From Hormiphora californensis (taxonomy: Eukaryota; Animalia; Ctenophora): a DNA stretch of 64,000 nucleotides. Below the pieces are notes generated by a model. The model was not told where the DNA came from. It saw only the letters and a program-made list of their open reading frames with translations, and made no database searches. Below are positions 21,706 through 33,629 of this stretch, piece by piece; position 1 is the stretch's first letter; the number at the start of each line of letters is the position of its first letter. The position numbers and the translations under genes were made by a program. The stretch spans positions 2,418,001 to 2,482,000 of the forward strand of contig CM035351.1 of NCBI GenBank assembly GCA_020137815.1, written 5' to 3'.

Positions 21706-23738
21706 ATGTTGTGTCTCTCGATAGCTGCTATCGTCTTGGTATTTGTGACAGGGTCAGCAGACCAAGGACCAAAAGGTAAGAGTAGTTCTAGGGAAATCGA
21801 TTAATTTATAATTTTGAGGGTTTCATGATTGATAAAACGTCGGCCCGATTAAATTAATTTTTCTTCCTTGTTTCAGCCCTCTACCTGCCCTCTCCACAAA
21901 ATACCAGTAACTACGCCAGAGCTGACCTCTCTCAACTGAGTCTGCAGTCTCTAACAGGATACACTGTTGCTATATGGGTGAAACCAGACCTAGCCCCCGA
22001 CCTTGTGTGTCTCTTCTCTTATTCAACAAGTGAAGACGCGGACGAGACGAATGTTTTGGACGTTTGGTTTGCCAGTGATTTCATCGAAATGAGAGTAAAG
22101 AATGGCCCGGAATTTATAAGTGTAAAATGTAAGTAAAATCATTCTCTATCTGTTGACTGCAGCTACTAACTGAGTTGTATAACCAGGTGAATCGTGTACT
22201 CACCCTCCAATCGGGCAGTGGACACACTTTGCTGGTCTATTGAACTCTACAGGGGCCTACGTCTTTATAAATGGACTTGTCGTAGCTAGTGTTGGAATCT
22301 CGGAACCTGTCACCGTCAGCATGGGGGGTATACTGATTATTGGGCAGGTAACCTTCAACAATATTAGTTCAGAATTCAGATACTAGAAATTTATGAATGT
22401 TCCGTAACATAACGAAATCTTCAGACATTTTTTACCAACATAAGAAATGTATAAATACTCCATTTAAAGTCGCAAAATCTTTATTAATTTAAAATATTCC
22501 CAGGACCAAGACAAACTTGATGGAGGATTTGAAGTAGAGCAGGCATTCACCGGTCTGGTTGAAGCCATGTGGTTTTCAGAAGCTAAAAGTGAAGGAGAAA
22601 TCAGGAGTCTTTATGGAGAACGGGGGACAGTGGAAGTGAACCTTCTAAACAACGATGTCTCTCTTGAAACCCACGGTGCAGCTAAAATTATATTCATCAC
22701 CAGTAAGTCTAGAAACAAACATCGTTATTGGTAGAGTAAACATTCTCTATTTTGTCTGACTCACAAGGACATTGATATTATCTTCTAGTTTTCCTTCCTG
22801 AAAGTTCTAACACCACCATCTTTCAGCCCTCTACCTGCCCTCTCCGCAAAATACTAGTAACTACGCCAGGGCTGACTTCTCTCAACTGAGCCTGCAGTCT
22901 CTAACAGAATACACTGTTGCTATATGGGTGAAACCTGACCTAGCCCCCGACCTCGTGTGTCCCTTCTCTTATTCAACAAGTGAAGACGCGGACGAGACGA
23001 ATGTTTTGGACGTTTGGTTTGCCAGTGATTTCATCGAAATGAGAGTAAAGAATGGCTTGGAGTTTATAAGCGTAAAATGTAAGTAAAATCATGCTTTATC
23101 TGTTGACTGCAGCTACTAACTGAGTTGTATAACCAGGTGAATCATGTACTCACCCTCCAATCGGACAGTGGACACACTTTGCTGGTCTATTGAACTCTAC
23201 AGGGGCGTACGTTTTTATAAATGGACTTGTTGAAGCTAGTGTTGGAATCTCGGAAAATGTCACCGTCAGCATGGGCGGTATACTGATTATTGGGCAGGTA
23301 ACCTTCAACAAATATAACTTCAGAATTCAGATATATTAGAAACTTATGAATGTTTCGTAACATCACGAAATCTTTATTAACTTAAAATATTCCCAGGACC
23401 AAGACAAACTTGATGGAGGATTTGAAGTAGAGCAGGCATTCACCGGTCTGGTTCAAGCCATGTGGTTTTCAGAAGCTAAAAGTGAAGGAGAAATCAGGAG
23501 GCTTTATGAAGAACGGGGGACAGTGGAAGTGAACATTCTAAACAACGATGTCTCTCTTGAAACCCACGGTGCTGCTAAAATTCTATCCGCCGATGACATC
23601 TTTACTTCACCGAGTGAGTATTTGGGGTTTCACCGTCGGATTGGGGAATTTTATCGCCGCAGATTTGCTTGCAACGCTAACGAAGCTAGTCAGTACACCC
23701 AAAGATTGTGCAAGATATTTTCCAACTGGCTTCCATAG
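21706..23738 (+). CDS. Secreted protein with two tandem pentraxin (PTX/LamG-like) domains, 7 exons
   Basis: A signal-peptide exon (MLCLSIAAIVLVFVTGSA) precedes two three-exon modules: YTVAIWVK..FSYST; GQWTHFAG..VFING..GGILIIGQ; DQDKLDGGFEVEQAFTG. A phase-1 splice links module 1 to module 2. Confidence 0.87.
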
Positions 23739-23807
23739 TTACAGCTCAATTTCACTATGCTCGTGTGCTATGGCAACTTAATCTGACATAATAACTTAGA
23801 TATGATA

Positions 23808-25828
23808 AACTTACTTACTTGATACTTGATACTTGGTTCGGTCTCCTCAATCATTCGAGTGGCCGGCTCCAAGTATCCTCGCTCGTAGCGACGTGAGCTG
23901 TCTCCATTCATTTCTGTTCTCTGCAGTGTTAGTAATGGCACGGAGAGACTGGGATTGACCCGTAGCGTCTCGGTAATCGTTCAGAACACAGGAAGTCCAG
24001 GTTTTACGCGGTTTTCCTCTGGAACGTCTCCCATGACTAGGCACCCAGTGATAGAGTTTGTTGGGCACCCTATCCTCAGGCATTCTAATCAGGTGTCCAA
24101 ACCAGCGGAGTCTCCCATTGCCAATGAACTTCGAGATTGGTTCTATCCCCGCCCTCTCCAGTACCTCCCTGTTAGATACTCTCCTAAACCACTGTATTCT
24201 CAGGATTCTACGCAGGCACCGTTGGTGGAATGCCTCCACCCGGCGATCTTGGACCTGAGTAGTTGTCCAGGCCTCACAACCATAGAGAAGCACCGTCAGA
24301 ACAGCAGCCCTGTAAATCCTAATCTTGGTACAGGTCCTGATATTACGGTTGTACCAGATCCTACAGAGCATACTGAATGCACTATACGCCTTCCCTATCC
24401 TGATACCCAGCTCCTTGTCGATGGTACCATCAGAGGACATAGCCGATCCGAGATAGGTAAAATTGGTCACCTGCTCAGCCGGATTGCCCTCCACAGATAT
24501 GTTGACCGTATCCGCCTCCGAAAAAGGACGCTGGTTAAGACCCTTAGAAAATGCCATAACTTTAGTCTTTTTCGCATTGATCTTCAAACCAGCATACCCT
24601 GCGTATTTAGCCAGTAAATCCGTTGACTCCTGGAGCCCTTCCTCTGTATCATCCATTACAGCCATGTCATCCGCGTAATCGAGGTCCAGAAGCCACTCCC
24701 CTCCATCCCCACTCTCAACACCCTGAAGAGTGAACCCCCTGGAGATAGTCTTGTTACACTCAGCAAGCTGAGCTGCCCAATTTATAACGATGTTAAAGAC
24801 TGGCGGCCCCTGGATGTCGCCCTGACCAGTACCACTAAGAACACTGAACCAATCGGAGAGTTCCCCACCATGTTTCACTGCACTCACTGTACCATCAAAA
24901 AACGCACGAATTATCCGGATATATTTCTCAGGAAGACCATAATGGCGAAATGATGCCCAGACAAATTCTCTGTTTATACAATCGAATGCTGATTTAAAGT
25001 CTATAAAGTTTATGTACAATGGTAAATTATATGCTATACACTGGTGTATGATAGTACGGAGGGAATAAATCTGATCCACACAAGAACGGTTTCGCCTAAA
25101 ACCGCACTGGTTTTCCCTGAGTGCCAGTTCCAGGCCTGATGCCAACCGATCCAGCATTACAATCTGAAACAACTTAGAGGTTGTTGACCGCAGTGTCATA
25201 CCCATGTTGTTAGAACAAATACTGGGGTCACCCTTTTTAGGGATCACCGAAATAACCCCCTTCAACCACTCCTCCGGGACCTTCTCCTCCCTCCAGACTC
25301 CACCAAACAAATCCACTAGGGGGCAGACAAGACCACTCGAGCCATACCGAAGCTGCTCATTCGTAATCCCATCAACGCCAGGACTCTTATGATTCTTGAG
25401 CCTCTTCAGTGCCGCTAAAACTTCTCCACGAGAAGGTGGAGGATCATCCTCACCAAGGTCCTCAAAACACGGGTCCACATCCAGACCATCCAGATCCGAG
25501 AGCTGTGATGTAGTTACAGGGGGGTTTAACAGCTCAGAGAAGTGCTCCGCCCAGCGCTCCCGCTGTTGGACAGGATCAGCAATGAGTTCACCGTTCCTAT
25601 CGCGAACAGCAGTACCGCCACGTTTCCTCACACCTGACAGATCTTTCATGTGCTGCCAAAGCTCCCTCTGCCGCCCATGCACCGCAGCATTCTCCAAATC
25701 CGATGCCAAACTATCCGCCCACCTATTGTCATCCAAACGTGAGGCCTTCTTGACCAGCTTGTTAAGCCTGGAGTACTCAGATCCACCAGCGGGATCATTC
25801 TTCTTCAGCTCAGCACGTTGAGAGATAA
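23808..25828 (-). mobile_element. RTE-clade LINE, 5' truncated, with a complete RT domain
   Basis: RT motifs KSPGVDGI, QCGFR, FIDFKSAFD, GTGQG and YADD; RTE-type C-terminus RLRWFGHLIRM..GRRSRGKPRKTW; short tandem 3' tail at ~23808-23835. Confidence 0.93.
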
Positions 25829-25830
25829 GT

Positions 25831-27758
25831 CTGACTTCCAAACGAGCCTGCAGTCTCTAACAGAATACACTGTTGCTATATGGGTGAAACCACACCTAGC
25901 CCCCGACCTTGTGTGTCCCTTCTCTTATTCAACTAGTGAAGACGCGGACGAGACGAACGTTTTGGACGTTTGGTTTGCCAGTGATTTCATCGAAATGAGA
26001 GTAAAGAATGGCCCGGAATTTATAAGTGTAAAATGTAAGTAAAATCATTCTCTATCTGTTGACTGCAGCTACTAAGTACTAACTGAGTTCTACAACCAGG
26101 TGAATCGTGTACTCACCCTCCAATTGGGCAGTGGACACACTTTGCTGGTCTATTGAACTCTACAGGGGCCTACGTCTTTATAAATGGACTTGTTGTAGCT
26201 AGTGTTGGAATCTCGGAAAATGTCACCGTCAGCATGGGCGGTATACTGATTATTGGGCAGGTAACCTTCAACAAATATAACTTCAGAAACTTTTTACCAA
26301 CATTAGAAATGTATAAATACTCCATTTAAAGTCGCAAAATCTTTATTAACTTAAAATATTCCCAGGACCAAGACAAACTTGATGGAGGATTTGAAGTAGA
26401 GCAGGCATTCACCGGTCTGGTTGAAGCCATGTGGTTTTCAAAAGCTAAAAGTGAAGGAGAAATCAGGAGACTTTATGAAGAACGGGGGACAGTGGAAGTG
26501 AACCTTCTAAACAACGATGTCTCTCTTGAAACCCACGGTGCAGCTAAAATTCTATTCATGACCAGTAAGTCTAGAAACACATTTTGTTGTTCAGTTATTC
26601 ACTTTCAGGCCAATGCTCTGACCACAGTTCTCGCGCGCTCTGCGTGCAGAACAAATTTGAGAGAAATGAGAATGGGTTAGGCCAATGCTCTGACAGATTG
26701 ATCAACATTTTCTATTTTGTCTGACTCACAAGGATATTGATGTTATCTTCTAGTTTTCCTTCCTGAAAGTTCTAACACCACCATCTTTCAGCCCTCTACC
26801 TGCCCTCTCCACAAAATACCAGTAACTACGCCAGAGCTGACTTCTCTCAACTGAGCCTGCAGTCTCTAACAGAATACACTGTTGCTATATGGGTGAAACC
26901 AGACCTAGCCCCCGACCTTGTGTGTCCCTTCTCTTATTCAACAAGTGAAGACGCGGACGAGGCGAATGTTTTGGACGTTTGGTTTGCCAGTGATTTCATC
27001 GAAATGAGAGTAAAGAATGGCTTGGAGTTTATAAGTGTAAAATGTAGGTAAAATCATTCTCTATCTGTTGACTGCAGCTACTAAGTACTAACTGAGTTCT
27101 ACAACCAGGTGAATCGTGTACTCACCCTCCAATCGGGCAGTGGACACACTTTGCTGGTCTATTGAACTCTACAGGGGCGTACGTCTTTATAAATGGACTT
27201 GTTGTAGCTAGTGTCGGAATCTCGGAACCTGTCACCGTCAGCATGGGGGGTATACTGATTATTGGGCAGGTATCCTTCAACAATATTAGTTCAGAATTCA
27301 GATACTAGAAATTTATGAATGTTCCATAACATAACGAAATCTTCAGACATTTTTTACCAACATTAGAAATGTATAAATACTCCATTTAAAGTCGCAAAAT
27401 CTTTATTAATTTAAAATATTCCCAGGACCAAGACAAACTTGATGGAGGATTTGAAGTAGAGCAGGCATTCACCGGTCTGGTTGAAGCCATGTGGTTTTCA
27501 GAAGCTAAAAGTGAAGGAGAAATCAGGAGTCTTTATGAAGAACGGGGAACAGTGGAAGTGAACCTTCTAAACAACGATATCTCTCTTGAAACCCACGGTG
27601 CAGCTAAAATTCTATCCGCCGATGACATCTTTACTTCACCGAGTGAGTATTTGGGGTTTCACCGTCGGATTGGGGAATTTTATCGCCGCAGATTTGCTTG
27701 CAACGCTAACGAAGCTAGTCAGTACACCCAAAGGTTGTGCAAGATATTTTCTAACTGA
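25831..27758 (+). pseudogene. Second copy of the double-pentraxin gene, lacking the signal exon and the start of exon 2
   Basis: Near-identical to 21921-23807; begins directly at the RTE 5' junction; earlier stop (TGA after KIFSN). Confidence 0.8.
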
Positions 27759-28428
27759 CTTCCATGGGTACAGTTCAATTTCACTATGCTCGTGTGCTAT
27801 GGCAACTTAATCTGACATAATAACTTAGATATGATATAATCAGTCTGAAAATAAGGGCTTACTCTAAACTCCATGAGTGTTTATAGACATCAAGTAGCAC
27901 TGTGCTCATCCCTTCATCTCAACCCAAGTAGAGACGGCCTCCAAGAAGAAGAAGAAGCATGTGCTTTTAATTACACACAGGTGCGGAACGTTGGGTACCT
28001 TGTATACAATTAGATTGCCCATGATACACCATCTGCCTAATAAAACACACCAAGATTCTTTACATAGTAAAGTATCGTAAGTACAAAACACACACAATAA
28101 TCCCGATTACAATTATATTGTTTCACACACGACAACAAGTTAAACCAAGAGTTGAAGGTTCACTAACCTGTTGTTGGATAGGGCTGTGTTGGGGTAGTTT
28201 GGAACGTTCAGAAAACCAGACAGCGGTAGGGGAAGCAAAGGAAACGACCATGGGCTGTAAAGAAAAGTGTGGGTCTTATCATATCAGGTTACACTCAGAC
28301 TGAGTGACTCAGTAAGCACTCAAACAGGTTTATAAGACAAAGATAATAAAATAAATGTGACATGTAATATAAGAAGTAAGAACGATTAAAAAGATATTAA
28401 AATTGGAATAAAATTGGTAAAAAGTTGT

Positions 28429-28983
28429 CTATCGGTTATCCCCGTCCCCTTTCATAACTCCTCTAGCTCTCCGAGATTCAATTTTGTCCTTATTTGCTTG
28501 TATTACCTCGAGCAGAGTAAAGCCTAATTTGGGTGCTAAACACCTTTCAAATAGTCCAATAATCCTTCCAATTCCATCCAAAATGGCACCTATTTTCTCA
28601 GCTGTTAGACCGTCATCCCGAATACTTTTCTTAGTTCTCCCACAAATACTTCCAATATGAAGCAGCACTGCCGTCATCGTACCCTCAACAGTGTCAGGTT
28701 CAGTAACAGGTGCTACACTGTCAGGTGTAGACGGTCCTAATTCCAGAGACATTGCAGTCAGGTACCAAGTTACATCCCCCATTTCCTTCAGAACAGCCGT
28801 CTTATCACCCCCAGACAGGGCCGCTTGTAGCTCGCAGAACTCCTCAGTCAGCCCGCAGCAGAGGTAGGCTAAGTTGCGGGGGATGGTGTTGGGTGGGAAG
28901 ATGGAGGTAGATTTAACGAATGTAGCGTATTCAGACATACTGGTTAGAGGGGCTGAACTCCCTTCATGAGAGAGGTGGACCAT
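28429..28983 (-). CDS. MazG-like nucleoside triphosphate pyrophosphohydrolase, prokaryote/phage type, intronless
   Basis: GLTEEFCEL (EExxE) and KEMGDVTWYL (ExxD) metal-binding motifs, plus the C-terminus LEVIQANKDKIESRRARGVMKGDGDNR. Confidence 0.88.
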   Translation of the reverse strand: MVHLSHEGSSAPLTSMSEYATFVKSTSIFPPNTIPRNLAYLCCGLTEEFCELQAALSGGDKTAVLKEMGDVTWYLTAMSLELGPSTPDSVAPVTEPDTVEGTMTAVLLHIGSICGRTKKSIRDDGLTAEKIGAILDGIGRIIGLFERCLAPKLGFTLLEVIQANKDKIESRRARGVMKGDGDNR

Positions 28984-29274
28984 TGTGAAAGGATCTGTCA
29001 GGGAGGTGTGTTATTGGTTACGAAGTCACCCCTATATTATTGCAGATAAAGGGGGTGTTAGGGGACTATACATTACTGCAAAGTGTTTTTATTTTAGGGT
29101 ACACATTTAGAGAGAAGACAATGGTTTCTGTGTAAAATAACGGTTAATATTTGATTAAAAAGAATACAGTAATTTCGCAGGTGTAGTAAAGAAAATAAAA
29201 GAGAGAGAGAGAATTATTACTGTTCTGTAACATTGCAGGGAGATGTGTGTAGTTAAATTAAATATTGTCTATTT

Positions 29275-30515
29275 TCATTGGGACGATGCTGTTGATTTGC
29301 TTGCGTATTGCGTGTTGTACAGGAAAATGAAAAAGTAGATGGAACATCCGATAAGCAGGACACTACCCAACATAGACTTCCACAACGCAATCGTCCTGAA
29401 ATAGTTGAGGAATTTATAATTTAGTAATTCTTTTATCAATGAATTTGTCAAAATTATCTAGTAGGCGCGAGTTAATATTTATAAATAGTGTTTTGTATTT
29501 TAACATGTTAAATTACTGATTTACTACAGATTATTACTTGTTTTCGCTGTTTTCCAGATCTGCTCCTACGAGTTCCTCGTGGGGGAACTTCTTAACAACT
29601 TCCTCAAAAACCCGTATCCTCTTTCTCACCCTCCATCCTGGAGTACCTGGTGTTTCCTCGCCCTGAAGCATTGGGAGGATAATGGGAGGGACCGGGGGAT
29701 TGGGGAATAATAGGGGTAAATTCTGGGGTTCTTTCATTCTAACGGAGAGTAAGTGCCATCTTGTCTCACAAAATACTGCCCTCCATTTACCTAACGCTTG
29801 GGTAAATGGAGGGCAGTATTTTGTCCAAAGTTAAAAGGAAAGTGTTTTGGTAAATCACCTCAGAAAAGAGGACAGCAGACACCTCCGCAGCAGCAGCACT
29901 GGTATCAGCCGGGACTTCCCTTGGCTCCAACGGAGCATGATCAATAACATCTGGGTTTAATAACCGCGGAACCTCTCCAACCTCATGTTCACCCTTTCTC
30001 AACCAGTACTGTGTGCTACCCCGAGTTGTTTTCTGGTGCCACCTGGCCAGCCATCCCAACTTCTTATCCACCCCATTCTCTGCCTCATTCTCCTCATCAG
30101 ATGAATCAGCCAGGGAGGAGAGGAGTTTTAGTAACCTGTCATCGGGATGGTTGGTAAGGAGATACTGACGGAGAGCTTCACTTGCTCCACCAAGGTTGCT
30201 AACTGGTTCCCATGTTATATCCCCATCCTTCCAGTGAACTTCGTACAGATGGTCATCATCTACCTCCCTACGTGATGTGATCTCTGAGACCTGAGGAGGG
30301 GGAAGGTGAGTAGGTCGTGATGTGATCTCTGAGACCTGAGGAGGTGGAGAAACAGTGAGTTTCCCACAATGTACTTTCAAATTTACAGCTGGATTTTTAT
30401 ACAGCTGTATGAATTAAATTTTTCTTCAATAAAATACCTCGAACTCGGGCGTTGATTCTTTTTCTGTAGTATCTGGTTCCTCAAGGATGTCAACTGTTTC
30501 CATAATATCCGCCAT
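29275..30515 (-). CDS. Chromodomain protein with a C-terminal transmembrane helix, 4 exons (30515-30438, ~30290-29859, ~29663-29538, ~29395-29275)
   Basis: Spliced translation gives EFE/VSEITSRREVDDDHLYEVHWKDGDITWEPVSNL (chromodomain). The last exon, joined in phase 2, reads KTIALWKSMLGSVLLIGCSIYFFIFLYNTQYASKSTASSQ*. Confidence 0.78.
29768..29824. repeat. Short near-perfect hairpin (mini-MITE) in an intron
   Basis: acaaaatactgccctccatttacc ... ggtaaatggagggcagtattttgt. Confidence 0.75.
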
Positions 30516-31034
30516 AGCACTAAAAATATGTGTATTCAATTCCTTGTTTAATTCCTTGCTTGATATGTTTCAAAATCTATTATCCCATTACCCATGGTCT
30601 AAACATTGTGAATAACGATTAGTGTAACTCATTGAACAGTTATAACTGGCCGCGGACGCTCAATCTCAAGTTTCAAATGGTTTAACTATCGCAACTGCAG
30701 CTAAGAGAGTCTTTTTGAAATGATCCGATACGCCCACGACCCAATGAAGTTTCGGGATTCATAATTCTTAAACAGTAATTTATTCAAATCATCATTGCCC
30801 ATGTCAAAAATTACCCCGGTCTCCAAGTGGCAACCCTAAAAGGTAAGAGACAAAAATTTAAATTGGCAAACGCTGCTGGCCCCCGGGTAGGGATAAGGTA
30901 GCGCTTTTCAAAGTGAAACAGCAATTCGACACCGGGGTCTCAGATAATAAACGCACAGCACGATCGGTCACAGAGCGCGCTTTTCAAAAATTTAAATGTT
31001 TCCAAAATGTTTGGAACTTTTGAAATAACCAAAC

Positions 31035-31258
31035 TAGTGGAAGCTCTTACGGTATTTCCCACGCCCCGTGGGAAAGTTTTTCGACCGTGGGAAAGTTTTC
31101 AAACCGTGGGAAAAGAGAGATACATGCAATAACTAACAAAAAACAATTTATTTTTTATAGTTATTGTATGTATCTCTCTTTTCCCACGGTTCGAACATTT
31201 TCCCACGGTCGAAAAACTTTCCCACGGGGCGTGGGAAATACCGTAAGAGCTTCCACTA
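31035..31258. mobile_element. Palindromic MITE with TAG...CTA ends and 3-bp TSD (Academ-like)
   Basis: AAC|TAGTGGAAGCTCTTACGGTATTTCCCACG ... CGTGGGAAATACCGTAAGAGCTTCCACTA|AAC. Confidence 0.85.
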
Positions 31259-31721
31259 AACTGGGAACTCAGATCGCTTTGCGCGGCTCTTTATGCCCCG
31301 CTTTGTATATTTTTCCGCCACGTCCATTAAATTGCGCCGCGCAGGTCTATAATATTAACGCCTGGCCCCAGCTAAAAAAATGTTTGGTTGGAATTTCATA
31401 TTTTTTGGAATTTCAACTAAACACTAAGAGGCGTGTGGTACCATTTATGCCGAGCGAAATTGATTTCAGAGTGACGTAATTTATTCTGTGTTTACCTTTA
31501 TAAATCGCTAGGGACGTGCGTGGTGTACCAGGAGTGGTGAATTATGCAGCCATTCTTTATTGTGTCTCTACCTCTTTTCTCCGTGTCCTAACACAATATA
31601 CCTATGGTACACCCGCACACGTGTTCCTTTTTCACTTTCCAGCCTTTTTTACTAAATTTTGGCTGTAACATAAGTGCGTGTCACAATAAGCTAACCTTTT
31701 TTACATTTTAGTGACAGTAAG

Positions 31722-33304
31722 ATGAGAGGCGGAGGATTTGGTGGACTTGCTATGGCTGCGGGGACTGGTGCCCAACCGATAGTAGATGAAGAGAGAGAAA
31801 GGGAAAATCGACAGTTGCAGAATTTTAATCCCCTTATGGACGACTTTAAAAACAAATCACCAAAGCGCTTTGGTCCAACTGTCTACGTTAATAACATTCC
31901 ACCAACCATGACAGAAAGTGGATTCAGGCAGTTCATTGAACAGCAAGTGGACATTACTATTACGAGCGTGAAGGTCAGAGAAAGTTCAAGACCTGGTCAA
32001 TTATATGCAATGGTCGAATGTGCCACTATGGAAGGCTGCATGGAAGTCATAAGAGTGCTAAACAACTACCAAATGGGTAGCCGAACTCTGAGGGCTGAGA
32101 TGTCCAAAACCACCTTGGGTCGAGGTGATGGTAATCGCCGTGGTGGACATGGAGGAGGTAGGGGTATCTCACCTCGGAATGGATTTGAACACAGACCTCG
32201 ACACAGAAATAGTAATGGCGGTGGCTCACACTCCTCCATTAAGTCAGGTGATCGTGAGTGCAACTTTTGTGGAGGACCAGCCGGAATGCATTGTTCTACT
32301 TGTGAAAGGGTCAGTTACTGTTCCGGTACTTGCCAAGGCAAAGATTGGAGTGACCACGAGGCACAATGTTTCCCAAAAGCAGCAAAGAAAAGCAGTGACC
32401 CCATGATTGATGATCTACTTTCAAAGATATCAATGAAATCGCCCAATGCAAATAGCGCATCCCCAGCAATTGTACCTTCTTCGTCTACAAGTAACCACAC
32501 AGCAAGTACAACAAAGAAACCAGTGGCACCTCAAAAACCGTGCACCGTCCCAGAGCCTAATACCATATCCATGGACCCTTCAAAGCCTATCATCGATCAA
32601 CTACAGATGGGTGATACATTCAAGGGGCTTTGGAGCGGAGGGGAACATCCAACAGAGTTTTTCATCCAGCCGTATGACTTTGGAGATGCCTTGGGGAAGC
32701 TGAGCGAACAATTGACACAACTATACCCTCACTTGCCGCGGAACCCTGATTTCTTCCCTGCCAAAGATGACCGTGTAGTGGCTCTCTTCGAGGGAGATTG
32801 GTACCGATCAAAGGTCCTGTCTGTCGATGGCCAGGGACAGTATTCTGTCTTGTACATGGACTATGGAAATGTGAGCACAGGTTTCACGGGAAGACATTCG
32901 TGCTCTCCTCAGCCATACGGATCGTCCAGCAATGGCCCTAAAATGCAGTTTATCTGACGCTGAATGTGGCGATGTGGAGTGCTTCAAAAGCTCCCTCCTC
33001 AATAAGATTGTGTCTGTAACCGCAGTGGGGAGTGTGAATGGTGTCGTGTCTGTCTCCATCACCCTTCCCTCCGGGGAAGATCTGGGAGAAGAAGATCAAC
33101 ACCACTATCCCAACTGCTATAGAAGAGGCCCCCGAAGATGCTGCTGCCACTCCCGCTCCTAGGAAACCCAGATCTGTTACTGGAAGCTCACAGGAGGCTC
33201 GTATAAAGGATCTGGAGGAGAAGGTTCAACAACAAGCGAGGGAGATAAAAGAGCTGAAGGTATGGAAGGAGAGAATGGAGGAGTTAATCAGGGGTGGCAT
33301 GTAA
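31722..33304 (+). CDS. RRM + MYND zinc finger + extended Tudor protein (Vreteno/TDRD1-like), intronless, two apparent +1 G frameshifts
   Basis: RRM (TVYVNNIP..YAMVE), MYND (CNFC..CSTC..YCSGTCQGKDWSDHEAQC), Tudor (GDWYRSKV..VLYMDYGN). Removing one G at ~32880 gives VSREDIRALL..PAMALKCSL; a second shift at ~33085 leads to a coiled-coil end. Confidence 0.82.
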
Positions 33305-33629
33305 CAGACTGTAGAAGACACTTTTTATCTTGCATTTCGCAGCACACAGTATCTTGATTTAACATCTTAATAAGCATCTTATTTGACGTTAACATCTTCA
33401 ATGACATCTCATTTGATGTCAACATCTTAATTTTATTTAAATTTCCTACAACATTTTTATCGCCAATTATTTTTATCAACCGTTGGGACAACCCCGCACA
33501 TAATATTCCCTGTGTTTTACTGTCTGTTTTACTGTGGCCCTTCCCAATTCTTTATATCCCCCCTCAATTTAACCAATCAATTCCACCGCGGCCTCTCTCC
33601 CTCTCAATTCCACTCCTTTTCTCTCTAGA

